Shown: positions 25,924 through 35,300 of the stretch, in pieces
Numbering within the stretch: the first letter of the stretch is position 1
How the letters are laid out: each line of letters starts with the position of its first letter
From: Pseudomonadales bacterium
GTDB lineage: Bacteria; Pseudomonadota; Gammaproteobacteria; Pseudomonadales; UBA3067
Assembly (NCBI GenBank): GCA_036802845.1
Contig: DAIRVL010000003.1
Coordinates: 1-37,127 of the forward strand
DNA length: 37,127 nucleotides
Reading direction: 5' to 3'
Notes under the pieces: generated by a model
What the model saw: only the letters and a program-made list of their open reading frames with translations
Told to the model about the DNA's origin: nothing
Database searches by the model: none
Translations under genes and position numbers: made by a program

Positions 25924-27789
25924 TCAATTCGTCAGAAGTAAGAGTGCGACGCGGTAGGTCACAAATGCCGCGATGTAGGCCAGAGCAAATAAATAGCTCA
26001 CAAAACCTGCCGTTGCCAGCCAGGAATTGGTTTCGCGTTTGACAACCGCAATGGTCGATAAACACTGTGGCGCATAAACAAACCAGGCTAAATAAGCCAA
26101 GGCTGTAGGCAAACTCCACAATTGTCCTAGAAGAGGGCCTAAGTCGGTGGCAATATCGGTACCCGTTGCTGCTACTGCGTACACCGTAGCAATGGCACTG
26201 ACTGCAACTTCACGCGCGGCCATTGCGGGAATCAGCGCGATGCACATTTGCCAGTTAAAGCCCAGTGGTGCAAAAAGAGGCTGCATAACATGACCAATCA
26301 TACCGGCATAACTGTATTCAATTGCGGCGCCGCTTGCTTCCAGTGGGGGTGCGGGAAATGTTGCCAAAAACCATAAAATAACAGACAGCGACAAAATAAT
26401 AGTACCTACACGGCGTAGGAAAATTCCCACACGTTCGCGTAAACCACTAAACAAGTGATACAGATTGGGCCAACGGTACACGGGCAGTTCTAGCAAAAGA
26501 GGAAAGACATCACCTTTGTTTCGGCTTTTTAATACCCAGGCAACTAACACAGCGCTAATAATACCGGCGATATAAAGAACGAACAGCGTCAGCCCTTGTA
26601 AATTAAATAGTCCCCATACATTACGTTGCGGAATAAATGCGCTAATAATCAGGGCATAAACCGGTAATCTGGCTGAACAGGTCATGAGAGGGGCTACCAT
26701 GATGGTAATCATGCGCTCACGTGGATCCTGAATAGTGCGTGTGGCCATAATGCCCGGAACCGCGCAGGCAAAACTGGAAAGCAGGGGGATAAAAGAACGG
26801 CCTGACAAGCCTACGCTCACCATTAATTTGTCCAGCAAAAAAGCGGCTCGTGGCAAATAACCGGAATCTTCCAGCACGAGTATAAAAGCAAAAAGAATGA
26901 TAATTTGTGGCAGAAACACCAGAACACTGCCGCTGCCGGCGATTAAACCATTGACCAGAAAATCGTTTAGAATTCCTTGGGGTATTTGTTTGCCTATAAA
27001 ATCACCCAACCATTGCACACTGGTATCAATTAAATCAGCGACGGGCATGGCCCAGGAAAATACGGCCTGAAACGTTAACAAAAGGACGGTGAGTAGGGTT
27101 ATGACACCCAGCACCGGGTGCATGACGATGGCGTCAAGCTTGTCTTGCCACATTGGCAAATGTGTTGGTTGACTTACGCAGTCGGCGAGAATGCTTTCGA
27201 TACGGGCATACAGTTCTTCAACCGATTCAGTGCGTTCTGTGTATAAAAGTATTTGAGCTTCCTGGTGAGCGAGACGTGTTTGAATGGCGGCCATTTCATC
27301 TAGCAGTGTCCCCACACCATTATTTTTTATGGCAATTGTTTCTACAACGGGCATGCCTAACTGTTGCGATAATCGCTCCAGTTGAATTTTAATACCCTGT
27401 TGTTGAGCCGCATCGGCCTGGTTCAGCGCAAGAATCATCGGTCGATTCAGCGATTTTAATTCCAGAACCAGACGCAAACCCAGTCGTAGATGGGTCGCAT
27501 CGACCACTGCTATTAAAACATCAGGGGGCGATTCATTGCGCATTTGCCCAAGAATAACGTCACGGGCGATACGCTCATCGGGCGATGTGACGAAAAAACT
27601 GTACGTTCCAGGTAGGTCAATTAATTCGGCGTTAGCCAAGCCGGGCAACTCGCCAACCCGTTTTTCGATTGTTACGCCGGCGTAATTGGCGACTTTTGCT
27701 CTGGCACCGGTCAAACGATTAAAAAGCGAGGTTTTTCCGCAATTAGGATTGCCTACCAAAGCAAAACGAAAGGTTCGTGTCTGACTCAT
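25924..27789 (-). CDS. feoB: Ferrous iron transporter FeoB
   Basis: The N-terminal G-domain has ALVGNPNCGKTSLFN and DLPGTYS, followed by a polytopic permease. ATG 27789 lies 1 nt after the feoA TGA. The track start at 27870 overlaps feoA. Confidence 0.95.
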   Translation of the reverse strand: MSQTRTFRFALVGNPNCGKTSLFNRLTGARAKVANYAGVTIEKRVGELPGLANAELIDLPGTYSFFVTSPDERIARDVILGQMRNESPPDVLIAVVDATHLRLGLRLVLELKSLNRPMILALNQADAAQQQGIKIQLERLSQQLGMPVVETIAIKNNGVGTLLDEMAAIQTRLAHQEAQILLYTERTESVEELYARIESILADCVSQPTHLPMWQDKLDAIVMHPVLGVITLLTVLLLTFQAVFSWAMPVADLIDTSVQWLGDFIGKQIPQGILNDFLVNGLIAGSGSVLVFLPQIIILFAFILVLEDSGYLPRAAFLLDKLMVSVGLSGRSFIPLLSSFACAVPGIMATRTIQDPRERMITIMVAPLMTCSARLPVYALIISAFIPQRNVWGLFNLQGLTLFVLYIAGIISAVLVAWVLKSRNKGDVFPLLLELPVYRWPNLYHLFSGLRERVGIFLRRVGTIILSLSVILWFLATFPAPPLEASGAAIEYSYAGMIGHVMQPLFAPLGFNWQMCIALIPAMAAREVAVSAIATVYAVAATGTDIATDLGPLLGQLWSLPTALAYLAWFVYAPQCLSTIAVVKRETNSWLATAGFVSYLFALAYIAAFVTYRVALLLLTN

Positions 27790-27790
27790 G

Positions 27791-28111
27791 TCAATTTGGC
27801 GCAATCGGAATAACGAGTATTTTGCTGGCTTCTGCGGGTCGAAGTGCGAACTTGGTGCCATTAATTCCAATAGCGATAGGGGCGTTACTTAAAAAACCAA
27901 AACCAATCACTTTTATGGCTGCGCCCGGCAAAAACCCCAGTTCCTTCAGACGTTGCGAAACACTTTCATTGTTTTTTCCGAACTCGGTGAATTCGGTCAC
28001 TTGAACTATACGTGCCAAGGATCCCTTTTTTAGTTTGCTAATGGGCTTTATGGCGGTATCCAGAACAACTGGGTGCGGGATAGTGTTGATTTTGTCCATT
28101 GTGATGTTCAT
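27791..28111 (-). CDS. feoA: Ferrous iron transport protein FeoA
   Basis: 106 aa with an SH3-like FeoA core: LSKLKKGSLARIVQV...RLKELGFLPGAAIKVI...PIAIGINGTKFALRPAEA. Confidence 0.88.
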   Translation of the reverse strand: MNITMDKINTIPHPVVLDTAIKPISKLKKGSLARIVQVTEFTEFGKNNESVSQRLKELGFLPGAAIKVIGFGFLSNAPIAIGINGTKFALRPAEASKILVIPIAPN

Positions 28112-28180
28112 AAGGCCTTCGCTTGATAAGCGTAAAACTCTTGATGTGGTAGTCTTTGGGTAGTATAGGCGATAGAGAAT

Positions 28181-28199
28181 CTAAATGATAATGATTCTC
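28181..28199. promoter_or_regulatory. Fur box upstream of feoA
   Basis: CTAAATGATAATGATTCTC matches 14 of 19 positions of GATAATGATAATCATTATC. It sits inside the inverted repeat GAGAATC...GATTCTC (28175-28199), 70-88 bp upstream of the feoA ATG. It overlaps a TTATCA-18 nt-TATACT promoter-like pair on the minus strand. Confidence 0.7.
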
Positions 28200-28401
28200 G
28201 ACAACAATTAAACCTGTTTCGTAAGAAAAGGTCAATCAGGACGGTGGGGGTATATGGCTTTTTTATGTAATAAAAGGTTTTTCTTGATATTGATGAGCCG
28301 AACAGAATGAATACATGGGTTTTTTGATATCAAATAGTAGCCTCTCTGTTGTGCTGGAAAACAAGAGACAACACGGATTTTTTATTTAGGCGAGTCTGTG
28401 C

Positions 28402-28716
28402 TTATCTTTTCTTGCAAAGACCTATACTGTTTTCGATGCAGCGCGACTTATTGGCTGCCGAAATGAAACTGTTCCAGTAATAATCTTCTTTCTGGTAACT
28501 ACACACTTCGAGTTTGTCGCGGTGGCCGTGGAGTTCGAGCACAATGTTACCGCTGAGCAAATCGCTGATGTGGTAGTATTCGGTGTTGCAGAAGGTTGGG
28601 TGCTTGAAGGTGGCATGCTGAATTTGCAGGCCGGCATACGTGACTTCTTCTTTATTGTCGATTGCCAATAAAATGGTTTCTACTCTTTCCCAGAGTTTTT
28701 GGAGTTCCTCGTGCAT
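28402..28716 (-). CDS. Hypothetical His/Cys/aromatic-rich 104-aa protein upstream of feoA
   Basis: GGGAG lies 8 nt upstream of ATG 28716; the track start at 28779 is GTG. It contains HATFKHPTFCNTEYYH...LELHGHRDKLEVC. No family is recognised. Confidence 0.5.
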   Translation of the reverse strand: MHEELQKLWERVETILLAIDNKEEVTYAGLQIQHATFKHPTFCNTEYYHISDLLSGNIVLELHGHRDKLEVCSYQKEDYYWNSFISAANKSRCIENSIGLCKKR

Positions 28717-29000
28717 GACGCTTGCTCCCTTGCCATCCTGCTGATTGAAGTCTGAAGAATTGTAATTAATTTGATACACCTTGATTTAAGCATAGTGTTA
28801 AGGATGCTGAAGGTCAGAAAAATATTTGTTGTTTTATTGTGAAGTAGCCGCAAGACGTTTTGTTTTTTGCCAAGAGACCGAAATTTTCGATGATGAAGGT
28901 GCATGGGTTTCGTTGAAGCGTGCAAAACATATGTGGAACTTTTTAAGTTGTACCTGAGTTGAGGCCAGTGCAAGGGGGAATCAAGTTGAAAAAAGCCAAA

Positions 29001-29894
29001 ATGGTTTTGAGCGCTCCCATGGAAGAGTTTCTTGATCGCCTCTGGTTAGAAAAAGGGGTTGCAGCGAATACGCTGGATGCATATCGCAGTGACTTGCAAA
29101 AATACAGCAATTGGCTTGAGGCCAGGGGTTGTCAGTCTTTGGCGGTGCAGCGTGAAGATATGCTGGATTATTTGGCCTTTCGTCTGGAAAAAGGGATAAA
29201 AGCCCGGTCAACTGCGAGAACGCTTTCGTGTTTGCGTAGTTATTATCGTTACCTGCTCAGGGAAAATCATATCAGTATTGACCCAAGCACCCAGGTCGAA
29301 AATCCAAAACCACGCAAACCCTTGCCTCACAGTTTGTCTGAGGCCGATGTTGAAAAATTACTGGCGGCACCCGATCAGAACACCAGCATTGGTTTGCGAG
29401 ATGCAGCGATGCTTGAGCTTCTCTATGCCTGTGGTTTACGTGTTTCAGAATTAGTCACACTGGAGCTGTCTCAGATAAATCTGCGTCAGGGTGTGGTTCG
29501 GGTTTTTGGTAAAGGTAATAAAGAACGTTTGATCCCGATGGGGGAGGTGGCGCAGAATCAGCTGCTTGCCTATTTGCAGGCGGGGCGTTCGCACATACTG
29601 GGCGCTGTTCAGGCAAATGCCGTGTTGTTCCCGGGGCGTTATGGTGCGCCAATGACACGGCAGACATTTTGGCATCGCATTAAATACTATGCGAAGAAAG
29701 CGGGTATTCAGGCGGTGCTATCACCCCATACCTTGCGGCATGCCTTCGCTACACATTTGCTGAATCATGGTGCTGATTTACGCGTGGTGCAATTATTATT
29801 AGGACATAGTGATTTGTCGACGACACAAATTTATACTCACATCGCCAAACAGCGCTTGCAGATATTGCACAGTGAACATCATCCGCGTGCCTGA
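29001..29894 (+). CDS. xerD: Site-specific tyrosine recombinase XerD
   Basis: EEFLDRLWLEKGVAANTLDAYRSDL parallels the E. coli XerD N-terminus. Catalytic blocks are ACGLRVSEL, HTLRHAFATHLL, LLGHSDLSTTQIYTH. It is followed by dsbC, as in the conserved xerD-dsbC arrangement. Confidence 0.92.
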   Translation: MVLSAPMEEFLDRLWLEKGVAANTLDAYRSDLQKYSNWLEARGCQSLAVQREDMLDYLAFRLEKGIKARSTARTLSCLRSYYRYLLRENHISIDPSTQVENPKPRKPLPHSLSEADVEKLLAAPDQNTSIGLRDAAMLELLYACGLRVSELVTLELSQINLRQGVVRVFGKGNKERLIPMGEVAQNQLLAYLQAGRSHILGAVQANAVLFPGRYGAPMTRQTFWHRIKYYAKKAGIQAVLSPHTLRHAFATHLLNHGADLRVVQLLLGHSDLSTTQIYTHIAKQRLQILHSEHHPRA

Positions 29895-29941
29895 TGCTGG
29901 CTTGCTCACCTCAAACACGACCTCAAACCTGGAAAATACGC

Positions 29942-30697
29942 ATGAACGGAAAAAAAGTAGTCGCCCTAGTGATGTTGATATGCCTGCCTTTGCTGGCCTG
30001 GGCTCAAGATGATAAGGGTATGACAAAGTTGCGGGCTGAGCTTCAGAAAAGTCTTGCGCAATATGCAATTACCAATATTGAAAAAACAGAAATGCCGGGC
30101 ATGTTTGCGGTACAAATCAATGGCTCCGACTGGATTTATGCGTCTGAAGATGGACAGTTCGTTTTTTCGGGCAATATGTTTGCGGTTCGTGATGGCAAAC
30201 TGCTTGATTTGACCGAACAAAAGCAGGTGAAAATGCGCCGGGATGCCCTGGCTGCCGTACCGCTAAAGGATATGGTGATTTTCTCTCCAGCAAAACAAAC
30301 AAAGGCAGTTATCTATGCGTTTACAGATGTTGATTGTGGTTATTGCAAGCGTTTTCATCAGGAAGTGCCACGATTGAACGAATTGGGTATTGAGGTGCGT
30401 TATCTGGCCTGGCCACGCAGCGGTCTGGGTGAAAGCTCGGTTACCTACAAAAAAATGCAATCGGTATGGTGTGCCAAAGATCCTAAGGATGCGCTCACCC
30501 GATCGAAGATGGATCAAAAAATTTCTCCCGCCAGTGAAGGCTGCAAAACGGCCATTCCAGAGCAATATAAGCTGGGTCTGAAACTGGGAGTTCGCGGCAC
30601 GCCGGCACTTTATCTGGAAGATGGTACGCAGGTGGGAGGCTACCGTAGTGCTGATGAACTGGCACAATTGTTGGGTTTATTGCCTCAGAATAAATAA
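29942..30697 (+). CDS. dsbC: Thiol:disulfide interchange protein DsbC
   Basis: The signal peptide is MNGKKVVALVMLICLPLLAWA. The thioredoxin-fold motif is FTDVDCGYCKRFH and GTPALYLEDG is present. An alternative start at ATG 29894 overlaps the xerD TGA. Confidence 0.88.
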   Translation: MNGKKVVALVMLICLPLLAWAQDDKGMTKLRAELQKSLAQYAITNIEKTEMPGMFAVQINGSDWIYASEDGQFVFSGNMFAVRDGKLLDLTEQKQVKMRRDALAAVPLKDMVIFSPAKQTKAVIYAFTDVDCGYCKRFHQEVPRLNELGIEVRYLAWPRSGLGESSVTYKKMQSVWCAKDPKDALTRSKMDQKISPASEGCKTAIPEQYKLGLKLGVRGTPALYLEDGTQVGGYRSADELAQLLGLLPQNK

Positions 30698-30938
30698 GCG
30701 CGTTTGATAATTCACTTAGCTCAGGGAGGCAGACGAGCCAGAGTGGCGATCACGGGTTGACAGCCCTCCGGGCTACCAGTAATGTGTCGCACATTTTGTG
30801 TTGGATCAAGTCGATTTTATTTTTTAGCGACAGCAATTATTTTATAGTAATATCAATTGGTTATTTTGGTGTACGGTCATTGCTTAATGACCCGGTAGTT
30901 ATTTCTTGTAACTGTATTTTCAGATGTAGGGTGACAGT

Positions 30939-32249
30939 TTGAAACCGGTAAAAGTGGGTCTTGTTGGGCTGGGGACAGTGGGCAGTAGTGTATTTAATCT
31001 GCTCATCAGTAATCGTACAGAACTCGAACGCAGGTTAGGCCGCACTATTGATGTGGTTCATGTGGGTGCCAGACGGGATAATCCTGTGTGTAATCTGAGT
31101 GCCGTGCGTGTATCGCGCCATGTGCTTGATGTCGCATTTGATCCCGATGTGGATGTTGTTGTGGAGCTGATAGGCGGCACCACTGTCGCTAAAGAAATAA
31201 TCCTGACGGCTATTGCACAGGGCAAACATGTTGTCACAGCAAACAAGGCATTGATTGCTCAACACGGCCAGGAGATATTCGCCGCTGCCACTGAAAAAGG
31301 CGTGGGTGTGTATTTTGAAGCGGCCGTGGCGGGGGGGATTCCGGTTATCAAGGCGCTCAGAGAAGGCTTGTCTGGAAACCGCATTGAATGGCTGGTGGGT
31401 ATTATCAATGGCACCGGGAATTTTATTTTATCTAAAATGCGTAACGAAGGTGCCGCTTTTGCTGAGGTATTAAAACAGGCGCAGGCGCTGGGATACGCAG
31501 AAGCCGATCCGACCTTTGATGTTGAAGGGATCGATGCTGCGCATAAATTGGCAATTCTGGCATCGGTGGCTTACGGCATTCCCTTGCAGTTTGATAAAAC
31601 CTTTACCGAAGGGATCAGTCAAATTGAAATTGATGACATTAACTACGCGCAGCAGTTTGGCTATCGCATCAAGCATTTGGGTATCAGTCGGCGCACAGCA
31701 CAAGGGATAGAATTGCGCGTGCATCCAACGCTTATTCCGGAACGTTGTCCAATCGCCAATATCGACGGAGTAATGAATGGGGTGTTGATTCACGCAAATG
31801 CGGTGGGTCCTACGCTTTATTCCGGAGCGGGGGCGGGCGGTAATGCAACGGCGTCTGCGGTTATTGCCGATCTGGTTGATGTCGCCCGTAGCCTGGACGT
31901 AAGTGCAGCAAATCGAATGCCGCCACTCGGGTTTCAGTCGGCTGCTATGTCAGATGCGCCTGTACTGGCCATGGATGAGGTGGAAACTGCGTACTATCTT
32001 CGATTGACCGCAGAAGATCATCCAGGTGTGCTGGCCGATATTACACGTATTCTCAGTAGTCGCGGGATCAGTATAGAAGCCCTGCTACAAAAGGAAGTCA
32101 GTGATCCGGCGCATGATCTTGTTCCTATCGTTTTATTAACCCAGCGTATCAAAGAAAAAGAAATGAATGCAGCCATTGCCGAAATTGAAGCGCTTGATTC
32201 CATTGCCAGCAAGGTGGTTCGCATTCGTCTGGAACGTCTTGATGCCTGA
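30939..32249 (+). CDS. hom: Homoserine dehydrogenase
   Basis: TTG start gives MKPVKVGLVGLGTVGSSV, which resembles the N-terminus I recall for Pseudomonas Hom (from memory, not checked). GYAEADPTFDVEGIDAAHKLAILA is present, and the C-terminal region is ACT-like. Confidence 0.93.
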   Translation: MKPVKVGLVGLGTVGSSVFNLLISNRTELERRLGRTIDVVHVGARRDNPVCNLSAVRVSRHVLDVAFDPDVDVVVELIGGTTVAKEIILTAIAQGKHVVTANKALIAQHGQEIFAAATEKGVGVYFEAAVAGGIPVIKALREGLSGNRIEWLVGIINGTGNFILSKMRNEGAAFAEVLKQAQALGYAEADPTFDVEGIDAAHKLAILASVAYGIPLQFDKTFTEGISQIEIDDINYAQQFGYRIKHLGISRRTAQGIELRVHPTLIPERCPIANIDGVMNGVLIHANAVGPTLYSGAGAGGNATASAVIADLVDVARSLDVSAANRMPPLGFQSAAMSDAPVLAMDEVETAYYLRLTAEDHPGVLADITRILSSRGISIEALLQKEVSDPAHDLVPIVLLTQRIKEKEMNAAIAEIEALDSIASKVVRIRLERLDA

Positions 32250-32307
32250 CCTGTGCGGGGTTCGCACCTATGACGCAACAAATTTGTATTATTAACAGGA
32301 CTTAACC

Positions 32308-33387
32308 ATGCCGTTTCGAAGCCGCTATACCGGACTGATTGAAAAATACCGTGATCATTTACCCGTAAATGATTCAACCCGGATCATCAGTTTGGGCGAG
32401 GGGAATACACCTTTAATTCGCCTGAACAATATTCCTCGTTTGTCTGGCAGAAATATCGATATTTATGTGAAGTATGAAGGCTTGAATCCAACGGGTTCTT
32501 TTAAAGACCGTGGCATGACCATGGCGGTGACGAAAGCCGTTGAGGAAAATAGCAGCGCCATTATCTGCGCTTCTACCGGTAATACCTCGGCAGCGGCGGC
32601 AGCTTATGCAGCACGCGCGGGCATTACGGCGTTTGTATTAATTCCCGAAGGTAAAATTGCCTTGGGCAAACTGGCGCAAACGATGATGTATGGCGCCAAA
32701 GTGCTGCAGATTCGGGGTAATTTCGATGAGGGCATGGCACTGGTCAAACAAGTGGCAGAATCAGCGCCGGTGACTATTGTCAATTCAATTAATCCTTTCC
32801 GTATTGAAGGCCAGAAAACGGCGGCGTTTGAGGTGATTGAAGAGCTGGGTTTTGCGCCCGATTACCATTGTTTGCCTGTGGGCAATGCCGGCAATATCAC
32901 CGCGTACTGGAAAGGTTATAGCGAATATCATCACGATGGCATCGTTAATTCACGTCCAAAAATGTTGGGTTATCAGGCCGATGGTTCTGCGCCGTTTATG
33001 CGCGGCGCGATGGTCGATCAGCCCGAAACTGTTGCTACGGCTATTCGTATTGGTTATCCACAATCGTGGGACAAAGCCTGGTCAGCGCAAAAGGAATCCG
33101 GTGGCTGGTTTGACGAGCTGAGTGATGCTGAAATTCTTAAAGCTCAAATGTTGTTGGCACAAAAAGAAGGCATATTTTGTGAGCCCGCCTCAGCGGCATC
33201 GTTAGCAGGTGCCTTGCGTGATGTTGAGCGTGGCAAAATTCCGGAAGGCAGCCGTATTGTGTGTACACTGACTGGCAATGGCTTGAAGGATCCGGATACG
33301 GCAATTACGCAATGCAAAAATTCCAACATGGTGGTGATTGATGCCAAATTGGATGCCGTAAAAAAAGCTATTCTGGATACGCTATAA
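32308..33387 (+). CDS. thrC: Threonine synthase
   Basis: The PLP-lysine motif is NPTGSFKDRGMT. STGNTSAAAAAYAA and LTGNGLKDPD are also present. At 359 aa it is the short-type ThrC. Confidence 0.93.
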   Translation: MPFRSRYTGLIEKYRDHLPVNDSTRIISLGEGNTPLIRLNNIPRLSGRNIDIYVKYEGLNPTGSFKDRGMTMAVTKAVEENSSAIICASTGNTSAAAAAYAARAGITAFVLIPEGKIALGKLAQTMMYGAKVLQIRGNFDEGMALVKQVAESAPVTIVNSINPFRIEGQKTAAFEVIEELGFAPDYHCLPVGNAGNITAYWKGYSEYHHDGIVNSRPKMLGYQADGSAPFMRGAMVDQPETVATAIRIGYPQSWDKAWSAQKESGGWFDELSDAEILKAQMLLAQKEGIFCEPASAASLAGALRDVERGKIPEGSRIVCTLTGNGLKDPDTAITQCKNSNMVVIDAKLDAVKKAILDTL

Positions 33388-33494
33388 GCGAGTATTTCAT
33401 CAAAAAACTGTCATTTCATCCAAGCGCGACGAACTGTGTATGGTTTCAGCAGTTTCTAAAATAAACCTGGATTCTGCATTAGTATGAAATTCTC

Positions 33495-35261
33495 ATGAAA
33501 ATCAGTCGTCGCTCATTGCATCAAGATTCAACGCTTGCGCCTCTGGCCGGTCTTAACCCTCTGTTGCAGCGCATTTATGCCTATCGCGGCATTACGGATT
33601 CGCAACAGCTTGAACGTGGTCTAAGTTCCATCTTGAGCCCATCCGGACTCAAGGGCATGGATGAGGCTGTGGCCCTGTTGTATTCAAAACTGCAACATCA
33701 GCAAAAAATTATTGTCGTGGGTGATTTTGATGCCGATGGCGCCAGCAGTACGGCATTGGCCGTATTGGGTTTAAGGGCCTTGGGTGCACAGAATGTCTCT
33801 TATCTTGTGCCAGATCGTTTTAAATTTGGTTACGGTCTAACCCCGGCCATTGTGGCTGAGGCGGCAAAGCGCAGTCCTAATTTGATCATTACTGTAGATA
33901 ATGGCATTTCCAGTATCGAGGGCGTTGAGTCTGCACAGCATGCTGGCATCCAAGTTCTGATTACAGATCATCATTTGGCCGGTGAACATTTACCGGCCGC
34001 GACTGCGATAGTCAATCCCAACCAGCCGGGCTGTTCTTTTGCCAGTAAAAATCTGGCAGGGGTGGGCGTGGTTTTTTATTTGCTGATCGCATTGCGTGCT
34101 CATTTGAGAGCCGTCGACTGGTTTGTGCAACAGGCGATTACCGAGCCTAATCTAGCGGATTATCTCGATTTAGTGGCACTGGGAACCATCGCCGATGTGG
34201 TGCCGCTGGATCAGAATAACCGTATTTTGGTGCATCAAGGCATACAACGCATTCGGGCTGAACGCTGCCGACCTGGCATTCGTGCGCTGTTAGCCATAGG
34301 CAAGCGTGATCCTGAACATATTGTTGCCAGTGACTTGGGTTTTGTGGTTGGGCCACGCCTGAATGCAGCGGGACGTTTGGATGATATGTCGTTGGGGATA
34401 GAATGCCTGCTGACGGACGATGTGCAACGTGCTGTAAAACTTGCGCAAGAGCTCGATACGCTTAATCAGGAACGGCGCCTTATTGAAGGCGAAATGAAAG
34501 AAACGGCGCTTGATGTCGTAAAGCAGATCAGCCAGCAATTAGAGGGGCATGTGCCGTGGGGACTGGCACTGTATGATCCTTCCTGGCATCAAGGTGTGGT
34601 GGGTATTGTCGCTGCACGTGTTAAAGAAAAATACCATCGTCCGGTAATAGCTTTTGCACCAGCCACGGCTAATGATCACCTTGAGCACTCAGATCAAGAT
34701 TTCGAATTAAAAGGATCGGCACGTTCTATCACGGGATTACATATCAGAGATGTACTGGAAGCCATGGCAACTCAGTATCCGGATTTGATTCTGAAATTTG
34801 GTGGTCATGCCATGGCGGCGGGTTTAAGTATTCAGGCAAAGAATTTTGATCGTTTCGCCCGGCTTTTTGATCAGCAGGTCTGTAAACAATTGGGCACAGT
34901 TGCGCCACAAGGCGAATTATTTTCCGACGGTGAACTTGATCCGCATGAAATCAGTTTGGACAATGCGGAATTATTGCGTCTGCACGGCCCGTGGGGTCAA
35001 GGTTTTCCCGAGCCACAGTTCGACGGACAATTTGAAGTATTACAACAACGTTTGCTTGCCGATAAACATTTGAAACTGGTGTTACTGCATCCTGTCACAC
35101 GCAGTCAGATTGATGCAATTGCGTTTAATGTCGATCGACAACAATGGCCTACACAAGAAAAATATGTGCATGCAGTTTACCGGCTTGATGTTAACGACTA
35201 CCGTGGGCAGCGAACTGTGCAGCTGGTGATTGAAGCGCTGCAAGCACTGGCAACGCTGTAA
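33495..35261 (+). CDS. recJ: Single-stranded-DNA-specific exonuclease RecJ
   Basis: The DHH-family motifs are VVGDFDADGASS, ITVDNGISS, ITDHH and GGHAMAAG. Confidence 0.95.
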   Translation: MKISRRSLHQDSTLAPLAGLNPLLQRIYAYRGITDSQQLERGLSSILSPSGLKGMDEAVALLYSKLQHQQKIIVVGDFDADGASSTALAVLGLRALGAQNVSYLVPDRFKFGYGLTPAIVAEAAKRSPNLIITVDNGISSIEGVESAQHAGIQVLITDHHLAGEHLPAATAIVNPNQPGCSFASKNLAGVGVVFYLLIALRAHLRAVDWFVQQAITEPNLADYLDLVALGTIADVVPLDQNNRILVHQGIQRIRAERCRPGIRALLAIGKRDPEHIVASDLGFVVGPRLNAAGRLDDMSLGIECLLTDDVQRAVKLAQELDTLNQERRLIEGEMKETALDVVKQISQQLEGHVPWGLALYDPSWHQGVVGIVAARVKEKYHRPVIAFAPATANDHLEHSDQDFELKGSARSITGLHIRDVLEAMATQYPDLILKFGGHAMAAGLSIQAKNFDRFARLFDQQVCKQLGTVAPQGELFSDGELDPHEISLDNAELLRLHGPWGQGFPEPQFDGQFEVLQQRLLADKHLKLVLLHPVTRSQIDAIAFNVDRQQWPTQEKYVHAVYRLDVNDYRGQRTVQLVIEALQALATL

Positions 35262-35300
35262 CGCACCAGTCGCATAAATGGCCTTTATCGTGAGTGATGC

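Noticed and set aside
29001-29894. Tyrosine recombinase as a mobile-element integrase
   Set aside because: The sequence and the conserved xerD-dsbC context identify it as the chromosomal dimer-resolution recombinase XerD.
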